Of a stretch of DNA of 64,000 nt, positions 37,001 to 47,781 are shown piece by piece. The stretch lies in NCBI GenBank assembly GCA_963740355.1, contig CAVUDW010000002.1:2304001-2368000 (forward strand), read 5' to 3'. The DNA comes from an uncultured Gemmatimonadaceae bacterium (GTDB lineage: Bacteria > Gemmatimonadota > Gemmatimonadetes > Gemmatimonadales > Gemmatimonadaceae). Numbering within the stretch: position 1 is the stretch's first letter; each line of letters opens with the position of its first letter. A model generated the notes under the pieces. The model saw nothing but the letters and a program-made list of their open reading frames with translations, ran no database searches and was not told where the DNA came from. The translations under genes were made by a program, and so were the position numbers.

Positions 37001-38548
37001 ATGTCGGTGACTCCCACCGTCGAACGGTTGCCGCTGGCGATGAGCCCACTCGCAGCGGCCGTCCGAGATGGCACGCTGCCGCAGGGTACGACCGCCGAGA
37101 TTCCGCGAGATGTGCAGGGATGGCGTACCCACATCGAGATGTGCCGTGAGCCGATGATGGGGCTCGGCTGGGCCAACACGCTGCGCGAGGCGATGCGTCC
37201 AAGTGGCGCCGCCGCGGCGCGGTTGGCGCGCGTGAGCGGCGGGCAGGGTGTGGTCGTGACCACGGGGCAACAGCCAGGCCTCTATGGCGGCCCGATGTAC
37301 ACGATCGTGAAGGCGCTCAGCGCGCTGTCGCTTGCCAATCGGATCGAAGCGGTGACCGGCGTGCCTACCGCGCCGATCTTCTGGGCGGCGACGGACGATG
37401 CCGATTTTGCCGAGGGCGCCACCACCTGGTTGCCGTCGCAGGGCGGGTTGCAGGACGCGCGCATCAGCGCTGCGCCGCCTGACGGCACGATGATGTCGCA
37501 CGCGTTCCTCACCAGCATGGTCGAGTCGAACGAGCTCCTCAAGCGCGCTGCCGCAGGATCGGCCTGGCCGGAAATGATCCGCGCGGCATGTGCCGCGTAT
37601 CATGAGGGCACGACGGTCGGGAATGCCTACGTGGAATTGATGCGCGAGATCCTGATGCCGCTTGGCATCACGGTCTTGAACGCGGCACATCCCAGTGTCC
37701 GGCACCAGTCCGCACCACTGCTGCGTCGTGCACTGGCCGAGGCGGTGGTGATCGATGAAGCGGTCAAGGCGCGCACCATGTCGTTGCGCGCGTCAGGGTA
37801 TGAGCCGCAGGTCGAACTGCTTGATGATCGCGCGTTGGTGTTCGTCGTACGCAACGGCGTCAAGGAACGCGCAACCGTGTCCGGCGCGGCATCGATTCTG
37901 CCGCGGGTGTCGGACGACCTGTTGTCACCGAATGTGTTGTTGCGGCCGGTCGTGGAGCGTGCGCTGCTGCCCACGGTGGCGTACATGGCCGGTCCGGGCG
38001 AACTGGCGTACTTCGCGCAAGTCAGCGCCGTGGCATCGGCGCTCAGCGTCGCCGTGCCGCTTGCCGTGCCGCGCACCAGTGTGCGCATCATCACGCCTGA
38101 CGTGCAGGCCACGCTGACACGGCACGGGCAAGGTGCGAACGACATGCGAGACACCCGTGAATTGGTGCGGGAGCTGGCTGCGAAAGCGACGCCGGATGTG
38201 TCGCTGGGCGCACTGGCCGCGCTGCGGGCGCAGATCCAGGCCACCGCCCGCACTATTCGGGAGTCAGACAGCGCCATTGCGCCTGAGGCGCTGGATGGCG
38301 CAGTGGCGCAGTTCGCACATCGTGCGGATCGCCTCGAGCGGCGGCTGCTGGCGGCATCCAAGCGTGCGATCGGCGACCAACTTCGTCGCGTCGCGCAGAC
38401 GCAGGCGCTCCTCTGGCCGCATGGGTCACCACAGGAACGGGTGGTGAACCCGTTGCCCTGGCTGGCCCGCTACGGCACACCGCTGCTGGAGCAACTGCAG
38501 CGGGCCTGCGACGAGAACGCTGCGTCGCTGGTGCATGGCGAGTCGTGA
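37001..38548 (+). CDS. bshC: Bacillithiol biosynthesis cysteine-adding enzyme BshC family
   Basis: VVTTGQQPGLYGGPMYTIVKA, PIFWAATDD, SPNVLLRPV, YMAGPGELAYFAQ, PQER. Confidence 0.9.
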   Translation: MSVTPTVERLPLAMSPLAAAVRDGTLPQGTTAEIPRDVQGWRTHIEMCREPMMGLGWANTLREAMRPSGAAAARLARVSGGQGVVVTTGQQPGLYGGPMYTIVKALSALSLANRIEAVTGVPTAPIFWAATDDADFAEGATTWLPSQGGLQDARISAAPPDGTMMSHAFLTSMVESNELLKRAAAGSAWPEMIRAACAAYHEGTTVGNAYVELMREILMPLGITVLNAAHPSVRHQSAPLLRRALAEAVVIDEAVKARTMSLRASGYEPQVELLDDRALVFVVRNGVKERATVSGAASILPRVSDDLLSPNVLLRPVVERALLPTVAYMAGPGELAYFAQVSAVASALSVAVPLAVPRTSVRIITPDVQATLTRHGQGANDMRDTRELVRELAAKATPDVSLGALAALRAQIQATARTIRESDSAIAPEALDGAVAQFAHRADRLERRLLAASKRAIGDQLRRVAQTQALLWPHGSPQERVVNPLPWLARYGTPLLEQLQRACDENAASLVHGES

Positions 38549-40145
38549 ACCCGTGACAGCACCGCCTGTGCGAAAGCCAGGCGGCTCGGGTGCATCGCTG
38601 GTTGCAGCCGGAGTCCTCATCAGTCGCATGCTGGGCTTCGTGCGCGAAGGGGTCATGGCGCACGTGCTCGGGACCTCCGTGGAAGCAGGAGCCCTGCGCG
38701 CTGCGCTCCGCATTCCGAACCTGCTGCAAAACCTGTTCGGCGAAGGCGCGCTGTCAGCGTCCTTCATTCCGGTGTACGCGCAGGTTGCGCACCGAAGGGC
38801 GTGACGCAGAGGCGGTGAAAGTGGCGGGCGCCGTGTTCACGTTGCTGGCGTTGCTTTCATCAGTTCTGGTGCTTGATCGGCGTCACCTGGTCCGCGGAGC
38901 TGGTGGCGTTGCTGACGCCAGGGTTTACGCCTGCGGTTCGCGCGCTCACGACGACCCTCGTCCGCATCATGTTCCCGGGTGTCGGGCTGCTGGTGCTGTC
39001 GGCGTGGTGTCTTGGGGTGCTCAATAGTCACCGCCGGTTCTTCCTGTCGTACGTGTCGCCGGCGGTATGGAACCTGGCCATCATTGCCGCGGTGTTGTTC
39101 GGTCGACGCACGAGCCTCGATGATGCCGCCCGCCTCGTGGCCTGGGGCGCGATGATCGGCAGTGCGCTGCAATTCCTGGTGCAGTTGCCGGCGGTGCTGG
39201 CGCTGGTGCAGGGCATCAGGTTGCGGCCGTCACTCGATGATCCATCGGTGCGCACGGTGGCGCGTAATTTCGGGCCGGCGCTGATGAGCCGCGGGCGTGC
39301 TGCAGATCAGCAGCTTCGTGGACCTGCAGTTCGCCACCGTCATTTCTGCGCAGGCCGTGGCGGCACTCGGGCTGGCGCAGTCGATCACGCTGCTGCCGGT
39401 GACACTCTTCGGCACGGCGATCACCGCTGCCGCGCTGCCCGCGATGTCGTCGGTGTCGGGTGATCACGACGAACGCAGTGCCGCGCTGCGCCTGCGCCTC
39501 GGAGCGAATCAGCAGCGGATTGCATTCTTCATCGTCCCGTCGGCAGCGGCGTTCGTGACGCTCGGTGACGCCATCGCGGCCGCGTTGTTCCGATCGGGCC
39601 AGTTTCAGGCGATGGCGACGACGTGGCTCTGGGCGATCCTCGCCGGTGCCTCGCTGGGACTGCTGGCTTCGACGCTGGCGCGACTTTACAGCTCGGCATT
39701 CTTTGCGTTGCAGGACACCGGGACGCCGCTGCGATTCGCACTGGTGCGTGTGATCGTCGGCATGGCACTCGCGTATACGCTGGGCATTCGGCTTCCGACA
39801 TGGCTCGGTATCGACACCAAGTGGGGTGCGGCTGGTCTCACGTTCGCCGCTGGTGTCGCCGGGTGGACCGAGTTCGCGTTGTTGCGTCATGCACTGCGTC
39901 GGCGCATCGGTTCGCTGCCTGATTTTGCGCCCTTGCTCTTGCGTCTTTGGGCTGCTGCCGCGGTCGCCGCGGCTGCGACATGGGCCGTGCGGCTGCCGTG
40001 GCTTGGGCGCGGTGGTGTCCCGCACCGGTTCGAGGCGTTGGCGCTGCTGGTCGTGTTTGCAGTGACCTATGGTGTCGTCACGATCTCGCTCGGGATTCCC
40101 GAGGCGACATCACTGTGGAAGCGCATCGCACGTCGGCGCGCGTGA
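38535..40145 (+). CDS. murJ: Lipid II flippase MurJ, interrupted by three +1 frameshifts (about 38780, 38873, 39295)
   Basis: SRMLGFVRE and RIPNLLQNLFGEGALSASFIP; homology continues through the frames of ORFs 38590, 38873 and 39297 (LPVTLFG, FFALQDTGTP). Confidence 0.88.
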
Positions 40146-40185
40146 CGGCACCGCGGCATTCCGTCATGTTCCACTAGATTTCGGC

Positions 40186-42117
40186 ATGTCCGGAATCCCC
40201 GACATCGTCGCCGGCAAGCTGGCGTCCCTCCCCGATTCGCCCGGAGTCTACCTCTGGAAGGATGCGGCGGGCCTCGTCTTGTACGTCGGCAAGGCGAAGA
40301 GCTTGCGGTCGCGTGTGCGCAGCTACTTCGCCAGCGATCACGAGTCGAGCGTGAAGACGCGCCATCTCGTCAGGCTGATCCGCGATGTCGAGACGATCGT
40401 GGTGCCGTCAGAGGCCCACGCGCTGATCCTCGAGAACAACCTGATCAAGGAGTACCGGCCTCGCTTCAACATCGCATTGCGCGATGACAAGTCGTATCCG
40501 TACATCAAGGTCACGCTCAACGAGCCCTATCCACGCGTGTTCGTCACGCGTCGGTTCCAGTCGGATGGCGCACGCTACTTCGGTCCGTACACCGATGTTG
40601 GTGCCATGCGTCGTGCGCTCAACGTCGTCAAGCGCATCTTCACCGTCCGCTCGTGTCGCTACGACATGCCGGCGGAGATGCCCGAGCGGGCCTGCCTCGA
40701 CTGGCACATCGGTCGCTGCAAGGCACCCTGCATCGGCCTCCAGACGCTGCCTGACTACCGGGCGATGATCGGCGACGTGGTCACCTTCCTCGATGGCAAG
40801 CCCGAAGAGGTGACGCGACGTGTGCGTGCGATGATGGAGGCCGCCGCTGCCAACCTGGAGTTCGAGCGTGCCGGTGAGCTGCGCGACGCGTTGCTGAAGC
40901 TGGAGTCGATCGAGGAACCGACGGTCGTGATGCAGGTCGAAGGTGGCGATCGCGACGTTGTTGGTTTTGCGCGCGATGGCGATGACGCCTGTGTGTCGAT
41001 CCTCCGCATTCGCGACGGCAAGCTGCTGGCACGCGATCACCGCTATCTCGCCAACGTCGAGGACGAGCCGGACGAGGCGATCCTCGTCGCCTACTTGCTG
41101 CAGCACTACCAGCACCAGTCGGAGCGCGCACGCGAGGTGTTGTTGCCGTTCGACATGGCAGAATTGCCGTTGGTGCAAGCGGCGCTGCCCGTGTCGCGCC
41201 TGCTCGTGCCGCAGCGCGGCGCGAAACGCGAGCTGATGGACCTTGCGATGCAGAATGCGCGACACTTGCTGGAGGAGATGAAGCTCACGAGCGAGGAGAG
41301 TGACGAGCGTGCGATCGATCCGGTGTATGACCTGCAGCGAGAACTCGGCCTTGCCGTGGTGCCGCGCAGCTTCGTCTGCTTCGACATCTCGCATGCGCAA
41401 GGTCGCGATACCGTCGCAAGCATGGTCTGGTTCGAGAACGGCCGGCCGAAGCGTGCCGAATACCGCAAGTTCAAGGTGGAAGGCGAGTGGGGCAATGACG
41501 ACTTCGCCTCGATGAACGAGGTCGTGACCCGGTACTTCTCGAGACGGGTCGCTGAAGGCAATCCACTGCCTGATCTCTGCGTCATCGATGGCGGAAAGGG
41601 CCAGCTGCACGCAGCCCAGGACGCGCTGGCGGCGATTGGGTTGGCATCGCAGGCGCTCGCCAGCCTCGCGAAGAAGGAGGAGGAAGTCTTCCTCCCCGGA
41701 CGCAGCGAGTCGTTGCGACTCTCGCGTCGCTCACCAGGCCTTCGCCTGCTGCAGATGGCGCGGGATGAGGCTCACCGGTTCGCCGTCACTTTTCAGCGTG
41801 CACGGCGCGCCAAGCGTACTGTGACATCGCAGCTGCTCGAGATCCCGGGGGTCGGGCCCAATCGTCGACGTGCGTTGCTGAAGGCGTTCGGAAGTGTGCA
41901 GGGCGTCAAGGACGCCGGCTTCGATGCCATTGCGGCGGTGCCGGGATTTTCGAAGGGGCTGGCGGCCAAGGTGTTGACGGGGTTGGGCGTTGAACTACCA
42001 GCCTCATTGCCAGTCTCGATGCCAGTCTCGATGCCCGTGCCTGACGACGCCGACGCAGTGCGTGACATCGCCGTCGATCAGAACGACCCTTCATCTTCAG
42101 ACACGATCACCGAATGA
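40186..42117 (+). CDS. uvrC: Excinuclease ABC subunit C
   Basis: PGVYL...YVGKAKSLRSRVRSYF GIY-YIG domain, DISH, DGGKGQ, RDEAHRFA, HhH. Confidence 0.97.
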   Translation: MSGIPDIVAGKLASLPDSPGVYLWKDAAGLVLYVGKAKSLRSRVRSYFASDHESSVKTRHLVRLIRDVETIVVPSEAHALILENNLIKEYRPRFNIALRDDKSYPYIKVTLNEPYPRVFVTRRFQSDGARYFGPYTDVGAMRRALNVVKRIFTVRSCRYDMPAEMPERACLDWHIGRCKAPCIGLQTLPDYRAMIGDVVTFLDGKPEEVTRRVRAMMEAAAANLEFERAGELRDALLKLESIEEPTVVMQVEGGDRDVVGFARDGDDACVSILRIRDGKLLARDHRYLANVEDEPDEAILVAYLLQHYQHQSERAREVLLPFDMAELPLVQAALPVSRLLVPQRGAKRELMDLAMQNARHLLEEMKLTSEESDERAIDPVYDLQRELGLAVVPRSFVCFDISHAQGRDTVASMVWFENGRPKRAEYRKFKVEGEWGNDDFASMNEVVTRYFSRRVAEGNPLPDLCVIDGGKGQLHAAQDALAAIGLASQALASLAKKEEEVFLPGRSESLRLSRRSPGLRLLQMARDEAHRFAVTFQRARRAKRTVTSQLLEIPGVGPNRRRALLKAFGSVQGVKDAGFDAIAAVPGFSKGLAAKVLTGLGVELPASLPVSMPVSMPVPDDADAVRDIAVDQNDPSSSDTITE

Positions 42118-43286
42118 GCACCAACTCGAGCGATACGCATTGGAGCTTGTACTGCAGCGGTTGTGATGCCACCGCGCCTGGTGACGCGCTCGCGTCACTC
42201 TGCCCTTCATGCGGACAGCCGTGGCTGACGTCCATCGCGTTGCCCGCCGATCGCGCGCAGGGGATCGATGCGTCTGCACGTGGATTGTGGCGATATCGGA
42301 GCGTGCTCCCGGTCACCTCCGAGGAGCCGGTGATCGCACTCGGTGAGGGGTGGACGCCGATGTTCGATGTGCCGGCACTGGCAGCCGAACTGGGGATCGG
42401 CCGGCTCTGGATCAAGGATGAAGGGCAAAATCCGACGGCGTCGTTCAAGGCGCGAGGCATGGCGCTCGCCATCACGCGGGCGAGGGCGTTTGGCGTGAAG
42501 GGGGTCACCGTGCCGACCGCAGGCAACGCCGGCGCCGCGCTCGCTGCCTACGCCGCCGCCGCGGGAATGCCGGTACGCATCTATGCGCCACGCACGACGC
42601 CCCCGCCGATTCTGGATACGGTGCTGGCCTTCGGGGCTACGCTGATTCTGGTGGACGGCCACATCGGCGACGCTGGTCGCGAGGCACGGGCGTATGCCGA
42701 CGAACATGGGTGGTTCAATGTGGCCACCCTCCGCGAGCCGTACCGTGTGGAAGGGATGAAGACGATGGGCTACGAGATGGCCGAGCAGCTGGGCTGGCGC
42801 CTGCCTGATGCCTTCGTCTACCCGACCGGCGGTGGCGAAGGCACGATCGGGATCTGGAAAGCCATCGCCGAGATGCAGGGGGCAGGGTGGCTCGATCCCG
42901 CAGAACGGCGACCGAAGGTCATCATCGCACAGGCGGCGGGCTGCGCGCCGATCGTCAGGGCGTTCGAGGCCAATGAGCCGAAAGCTGACCCATGGCAGGA
43001 CCCGATGACCTATGCGAGCGGTTTGCGGGTACCAACGCCACTCGGGGACCGACTCCTGCTCAAGGCGCTGCGCGAGAGCGATGGCGCAGCCGTTGCGATT
43101 GATGACACCGTGACCCGTCGCGAGACGGCACGACTCGCCCAGTCCACGGGCATCGACGCGGCTCCGGAGGGGGGCTGCGCACTCGCGGCCATTGCTGTGC
43201 TCGTTGAGCGGGGTACGCTCGGCCCCTCGAGCGAAGTGGTCCTGTTCAACACGGGCAGCGGGGCGAGTTACCGTTGGCGCAGCTGA
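42114..43286 (+). CDS. thrC: Threonine synthase
   Basis: N-terminal CxxC..CxxC, LGEGWTP, KDEGQNPTASFKARG, AGNAG, YPTGGG. Confidence 0.88.
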   Translation: MSTNSSDTHWSLYCSGCDATAPGDALASLCPSCGQPWLTSIALPADRAQGIDASARGLWRYRSVLPVTSEEPVIALGEGWTPMFDVPALAAELGIGRLWIKDEGQNPTASFKARGMALAITRARAFGVKGVTVPTAGNAGAALAAYAAAAGMPVRIYAPRTTPPPILDTVLAFGATLILVDGHIGDAGREARAYADEHGWFNVATLREPYRVEGMKTMGYEMAEQLGWRLPDAFVYPTGGGEGTIGIWKAIAEMQGAGWLDPAERRPKVIIAQAAGCAPIVRAFEANEPKADPWQDPMTYASGLRVPTPLGDRLLLKALRESDGAAVAIDDTVTRRETARLAQSTGIDAAPEGGCALAAIAVLVERGTLGPSSEVVLFNTGSGASYRWRS

Positions 43287-43412
43287 AGGAACCGTGGCGA
43301 CGCCGTCGCGGGCTATATTTCATGATTCCGTGAGACGCGTTCAGCAGTGGTGAAGTGCTTCAGCGGACTCGGCATGCCGAGCTCGACCTTACGACCTTTG
43401 GAGATTTGACGA

Positions 43413-44981
43413 ATGGCTTCTTGGACCACTCGCAGCAGCGCACGACGATCGCTGGCCGCGCTGGTTGTATTTGCAACGTCGCTCGGTGCTCAGGCGCCAA
43501 AGTGCGATCTCCCGGTGCAGGCGCACCCCAAGCTGCTGACCGCAGGCCTGGTGTTCAACGGCGTCTTCAAGCCGGGGGCCAAGCCGGAAGACAAGGCGAA
43601 GGCGCTGTCGAGCACCGTGAAGTCGTTGACCGACGACGTGACGGGCTTCCCGGCCCCCATGCAGCCGAGTCGCAACTTCCTGCTGGCGCAAGCGCTCCTC
43701 GTGTGGCTCGATCAGCCGGGCACCGGCTATTCCGAGAATCGCGGCAAGCTTGGCTACACGGCCAATCCCACGGGCATGCAGGACATCCCGGCTGCGCTCG
43801 ACTCGGCCTTCGGTGCCATTCGCTCGGCGAAGCCTGAGTGTGCGGACTCGATGAAGCTCTACACGAATGGCCTCTGGGGTCAGCTGATCAACAAGGCTGT
43901 CACCTTCACCAATTCGCAGCAGCTGGACTCGGCCGAGATCTACGCGCGCCGCTCCATGCTCTTCGACCAGAAGCAGTACTACGCGTACAACATCATGTCG
44001 AACATCGCGCTCGTGAAGGAAGACACGACGATGATGATCGAGTGGTTCGGCAAGACGATCGAAGTGACCTCTGGCTCGTCCGACACGACGGCCATCAAGG
44101 TCCGCGACAACATGCTGATGAACCTTGGTGCGCTCTATACGAACGGTGCACTGTCGGCGACGGGCACGAAGAAGGACTCGCTCAACCGCGCCGCGGTCGC
44201 GACCTACAAGAAGTATCTCGAGTACTACCCCAATGACCTCACCACCAAGCTGCGCATCATGCGCATGTCTGGAGCCGAGCTCGACAGCGCCGGCGCGGTG
44301 AAGTTCGTCGACGAGGTGTTGTCGAATGTTGGCGCTGTGACCGATGCTCAGCTGACCGATGCCGGCAACGAACTGACGAAGAACAAGCTCTATTCGTCGG
44401 GTCTCCGCCTGTTCGATGCCGCGCTGAAGAAGAACCCGAACAGTCGTGACGGGCTCTACAACTCTGCCGTCGCGTTGAACAACCTCGAGCGTTTCGACGA
44501 GATTCGCCCGTACTTCGTGAAGCTGCGCGAGATCGATCCGAACAACACCGGCATCTACTCACTGGCGCGCAACATTCAGGCGTCGCGGAAGCTTGCCGTG
44601 CAGACGACGGCCAACAAGGGTGTGCGTCCGCGTGCGGGCCAGACCATCATGCTGAACCCGGCGCAGCAGGCCCGGATCAAGGTCTTCAACGACTCGCTCG
44701 TGTACTACACGACGATCATCCAGGCCATGAATCCCACCGTCGAGGTGCGCAGCTTCAATGGCACGCCTGATGGGGCAAAGTTCGGCGCGGTGGTTCAGGT
44801 TCCGCCCGACAAGCCGGCCGGTTCGTTCAACATCGTGGTCGACTTCCTCGACGCCACTGGTGCTGTCGTGACGACCCAGACCGTCGCCACAAAGAAGATC
44901 GAGGCCGGCGGCTTCGACACGATTTCGGTGGATGGGAAAGGCGCGAACATCGTCGCCTTCCGATACCGCGTCGCGAAGTAG
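43413..44981 (+). CDS. Secreted TPR-repeat protein
   Basis: Signal peptide, TPR-like helices (ALKKNPNSRDGLYN, EIDPNN), SD GGAG, strongly biased codon use. Confidence 0.75.
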   Translation: MASWTTRSSARRSLAALVVFATSLGAQAPKCDLPVQAHPKLLTAGLVFNGVFKPGAKPEDKAKALSSTVKSLTDDVTGFPAPMQPSRNFLLAQALLVWLDQPGTGYSENRGKLGYTANPTGMQDIPAALDSAFGAIRSAKPECADSMKLYTNGLWGQLINKAVTFTNSQQLDSAEIYARRSMLFDQKQYYAYNIMSNIALVKEDTTMMIEWFGKTIEVTSGSSDTTAIKVRDNMLMNLGALYTNGALSATGTKKDSLNRAAVATYKKYLEYYPNDLTTKLRIMRMSGAELDSAGAVKFVDEVLSNVGAVTDAQLTDAGNELTKNKLYSSGLRLFDAALKKNPNSRDGLYNSAVALNNLERFDEIRPYFVKLREIDPNNTGIYSLARNIQASRKLAVQTTANKGVRPRAGQTIMLNPAQQARIKVFNDSLVYYTTIIQAMNPTVEVRSFNGTPDGAKFGAVVQVPPDKPAGSFNIVVDFLDATGAVVTTQTVATKKIEAGGFDTISVDGKGANIVAFRYRVAK

Positions 44982-45054
44982 CTGGGCCCCGTTCCGGCGC
45001 TCGTTCGGGGCGTCGGAACGACATCGCTGGAACGGCGGAAGTCGCTGGCACTGC

Positions 45055-45083
45055 TTGATTTCCGCCCTCCCAGTTCGTACTTT
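45055..45083 (+). promoter_or_regulatory. Sigma70-type promoter for the DUF512-der-plsY-gpsA operon
   Basis: TTGATT-17 nt-TACTTT. Confidence 0.6.
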
Positions 45084-45166
45084 TGTTGAGCCGCGCCCCG
45101 GGTCTCCGCGGGCGCGGTTTCGCTTTGCGTGAAACACGGTTGGCAGGCTGTTTGAGGGAGGGTTGG

Positions 45167-46468
45167 ATGGTTCGTGTGGCGGCCGTCGAGGACGGGCAGC
45201 TTGGGGCAGCATTGGGAATCGTGCGCGGCACTGAGCTGCGGGCGGTCAACGGGCGCGCCATCGAAGACTTTCTCGATTGGGAGTTCCTGACGGCCGACGA
45301 AGCGTTCACCGTCGAGGTACGCCAGCCAGACGGCAGCGAGCACACCTGGCATGTGACACGCCCCGAGGGGGCGTCGATGGGGCTGGAACTCGAACCGCCG
45401 ACCATTCGCCGCTGCGCCAATCGGTGCGAATTCTGCTTCATCGAAGGCTTGCCGAAGGGACTTCGGAAGCCCTTGTACATCCGCGACGATGACTACCGCC
45501 TCTCGTTCGCGTACGGAAATTTCGCCACGCTCTCGAACGTCAAGGAGCGCGACATTGCCCGGATCATCGAGTACCGACTGTCGCCGCTCTACGTCTCGGT
45601 GCACGCGACGCCGTGGGAAGCCCGCAAGGTGCTGCTCAACAATCCGCGCGTGCCGAACATCGTCGAGCAGCTGACGCGTCTGGCCGAGGGCGGAATCCAG
45701 TTCCACGGCCAGATGGTGATCGTGCCCGGCCTGAACGACGGCGCGGTGCTCGAGGAATCGCTGACGGATCTGTGGAACCTGCAGGACGCCGTGATCTCCG
45801 TGGCCCTCGTGCCGGTCGGGTTGACGCAGTTCTCGCATCTCTACACGGGCAAGAGCATGAACCGTGAGGCTGCGCGCGAACTGCTCGACATCGTCGAACG
45901 ATGGGAGAAGCGCGCCCTCGCTGAGCGCGGTGATCGTTGGGTGTACGGCTCCGATGAGCTGTACCTCCTCGCCGAAGCGCCGCTGCCGGATGCCGAGCAC
46001 TACGGCGATTTCCCCCAGATCGAAAATGGGGTTGGCGCGGTGACGTCCCTCCGCCAGCGGATTGCGGAAGGGCTGTCGCGTTTGCCACGTCTCGACGGCA
46101 AGCGCATCGCCGTCGTCACCGGCGTCAGCATGGCGCCGCTGATGCCCCCACTCCTCGAGAGCCTCACCAAGGCGACCGGGGCGGAGTTCGAGTTGCTGCC
46201 CATCGACAACTCGCTGTTCGGTCCGACCACGACCACTGCCGGTTTGCTGGTGAGCGACGATTTCCGTCGCGCACTGGCTGGTCGAACCGATTTCGACCTC
46301 GCGCTGATTCCAGCCGAGAGCATCAACGAGAACGGCGTCTTCCTCGACGACACCTCCTTCGTCGCACTGCGCGAGGAGTTCCCGTTCCCGGTCTTTCCAT
46401 CATACGATTTCATCGACGTCCTGGAGGCGGAACCAGCCGTCGGTTCGTCATTCCGGAGTGCTGCTTGA
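45167..46468 (+). CDS. DUF512 PDZ / radical-SAM-like protein
   Basis: CANRCEFC, YIRDDDYRLSF, VPGLNDG, QIENGVG; SD GGGAGG. Confidence 0.9.
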   Translation: MVRVAAVEDGQLGAALGIVRGTELRAVNGRAIEDFLDWEFLTADEAFTVEVRQPDGSEHTWHVTRPEGASMGLELEPPTIRRCANRCEFCFIEGLPKGLRKPLYIRDDDYRLSFAYGNFATLSNVKERDIARIIEYRLSPLYVSVHATPWEARKVLLNNPRVPNIVEQLTRLAEGGIQFHGQMVIVPGLNDGAVLEESLTDLWNLQDAVISVALVPVGLTQFSHLYTGKSMNREAARELLDIVERWEKRALAERGDRWVYGSDELYLLAEAPLPDAEHYGDFPQIENGVGAVTSLRQRIAEGLSRLPRLDGKRIAVVTGVSMAPLMPPLLESLTKATGAEFELLPIDNSLFGPTTTTAGLLVSDDFRRALAGRTDFDLALIPAESINENGVFLDDTSFVALREEFPFPVFPSYDFIDVLEAEPAVGSSFRSAA

Positions 46469-47781
46469 GTATCCCAATTGTTGCCCTCGTTGGCCGTCCG
46501 AACGTGGGCAAGTCGGCGTTGTACAACCGAATCATCGGCGACAAGAACGCCGCCATCGTCAGTGAAGTCGCCGGCACCACACGTGACCGGCACTTTGGTC
46601 GTGCGACCTGGAACGGGCGCGATTTCTGGCTCGTGGATACCGGCGGGCTGCCGGAAGACACCCTCGATCCGATGGACGTCGAGATCAAGCGCCAGGTGAA
46701 GGAAGCGATCGCCGAGGCGGATCTGCTCCTGTTCGTGACCGATGCGAAGATGGGACTTGTGCCCTCCGACGTGAAGGTTGCCGACCTGATGCGCGAAAGT
46801 GGCAAGCCGTGGCTGCTCGTCGCTAACAAGTGCGATGAATTCGGCACCATAGCCCACTACGAGTTCTACTCACTGGGTGCTGGTGATCCGCACGCGGTGT
46901 CGGCACAGAACAGCGCTGGCATTGGCGACCTGCTCGACGACGTTGTGGCCCAGATGCCGGAAGGCATGGAAGAGGAGCCCGATGCGCTGCGCGTCGCGGT
47001 GATCGGTCGGCCGAATGTGGGCAAGTCATCGATCGTCAATCGCCTGCTCGGCGAAGAGCGCTTGGTGGTCACTGACGTCGCCGGCACCACGCGCGACGCC
47101 ATCGACAGCCCGATGAGTTATCACGGGCGCCGCCTGATCTTCGTCGACACGGCCGGTCTGCGCCGACCGACGCGCATCGACGATGGCATCGAGTTCTACT
47201 CCACGTTGCGCACCCGTCGCGCGATCGAGCGCGCGGAGATTTGCGTGCTGGTGCTCGACGCCACACTCGGTCTCGAAAATCAGGACCTCAAGATTGCGTC
47301 GCTCGCCTTCGAGGACGCCGGCCGCGGCTTGATCGTGGTGGTGAACAAGTGGGATGCGAAGGAAGAGAAGGGCGACAAGTCGGCCGCGCACTTCCAGCGT
47401 GACGCGGGCGAAAAGGTGCCGTATCTCAAGTTCGTGCCTTTCGTCTTCACCTCGGCGCTCACAGGCCAGCGCGTGACGAAGATTCTCGACCTGATCTTCC
47501 AGGTCGAAGCCGAACGGCAGAAGCGCATCCCGACGTCCGAAATCAACGAGACGCTCGAGGAACTGGTGGCTCGTCGCCAGCCGCCGCAGGCCGCAGGGCG
47601 CGAGATCAAGCTCAAGTACGCGACGCAGATCGAGACCGCGCCGCCGTCGATTGGTGTATGGGGAAACCATCCGGAATTGGTGCAGGAGCACTACGTGCGC
47701 TACCTCCACAATGGCTTCCGCGCCGCGTACGGCTTCACCGGTAATCCGCTCCGCATCGTGATGAAGCGGAAGGGCGACTGA
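46465..47781 (+). CDS. der: Ribosome biogenesis GTPase Der
   Basis: Two GRPNVGKS domains, GTTRD, DTGG/DTAG, NKCD/NKWD. Confidence 0.97.
   Translation: MSIPIVALVGRPNVGKSALYNRIIGDKNAAIVSEVAGTTRDRHFGRATWNGRDFWLVDTGGLPEDTLDPMDVEIKRQVKEAIAEADLLLFVTDAKMGLVPSDVKVADLMRESGKPWLLVANKCDEFGTIAHYEFYSLGAGDPHAVSAQNSAGIGDLLDDVVAQMPEGMEEEPDALRVAVIGRPNVGKSSIVNRLLGEERLVVTDVAGTTRDAIDSPMSYHGRRLIFVDTAGLRRPTRIDDGIEFYSTLRTRRAIERAEICVLVLDATLGLENQDLKIASLAFEDAGRGLIVVVNKWDAKEEKGDKSAAHFQRDAGEKVPYLKFVPFVFTSALTGQRVTKILDLIFQVEAERQKRIPTSEINETLEELVARRQPPQAAGREIKLKYATQIETAPPSIGVWGNHPELVQEHYVRYLHNGFRAAYGFTGNPLRIVMKRKGD

Noticed and set aside
38535..40145. Programmed frameshifting or phase variation in murJ and rdgB
   Set aside because: No slippery heptamers, long homopolymers or stimulatory signals; all breaks are single extra bases, typical of consensus error.
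42008..42035. 12-bp tandem repeat in the uvrC 3' tail (PVSM)
   Set aside because: In-frame slippage in a low-complexity, non-conserved C-terminal extension; no evident function.
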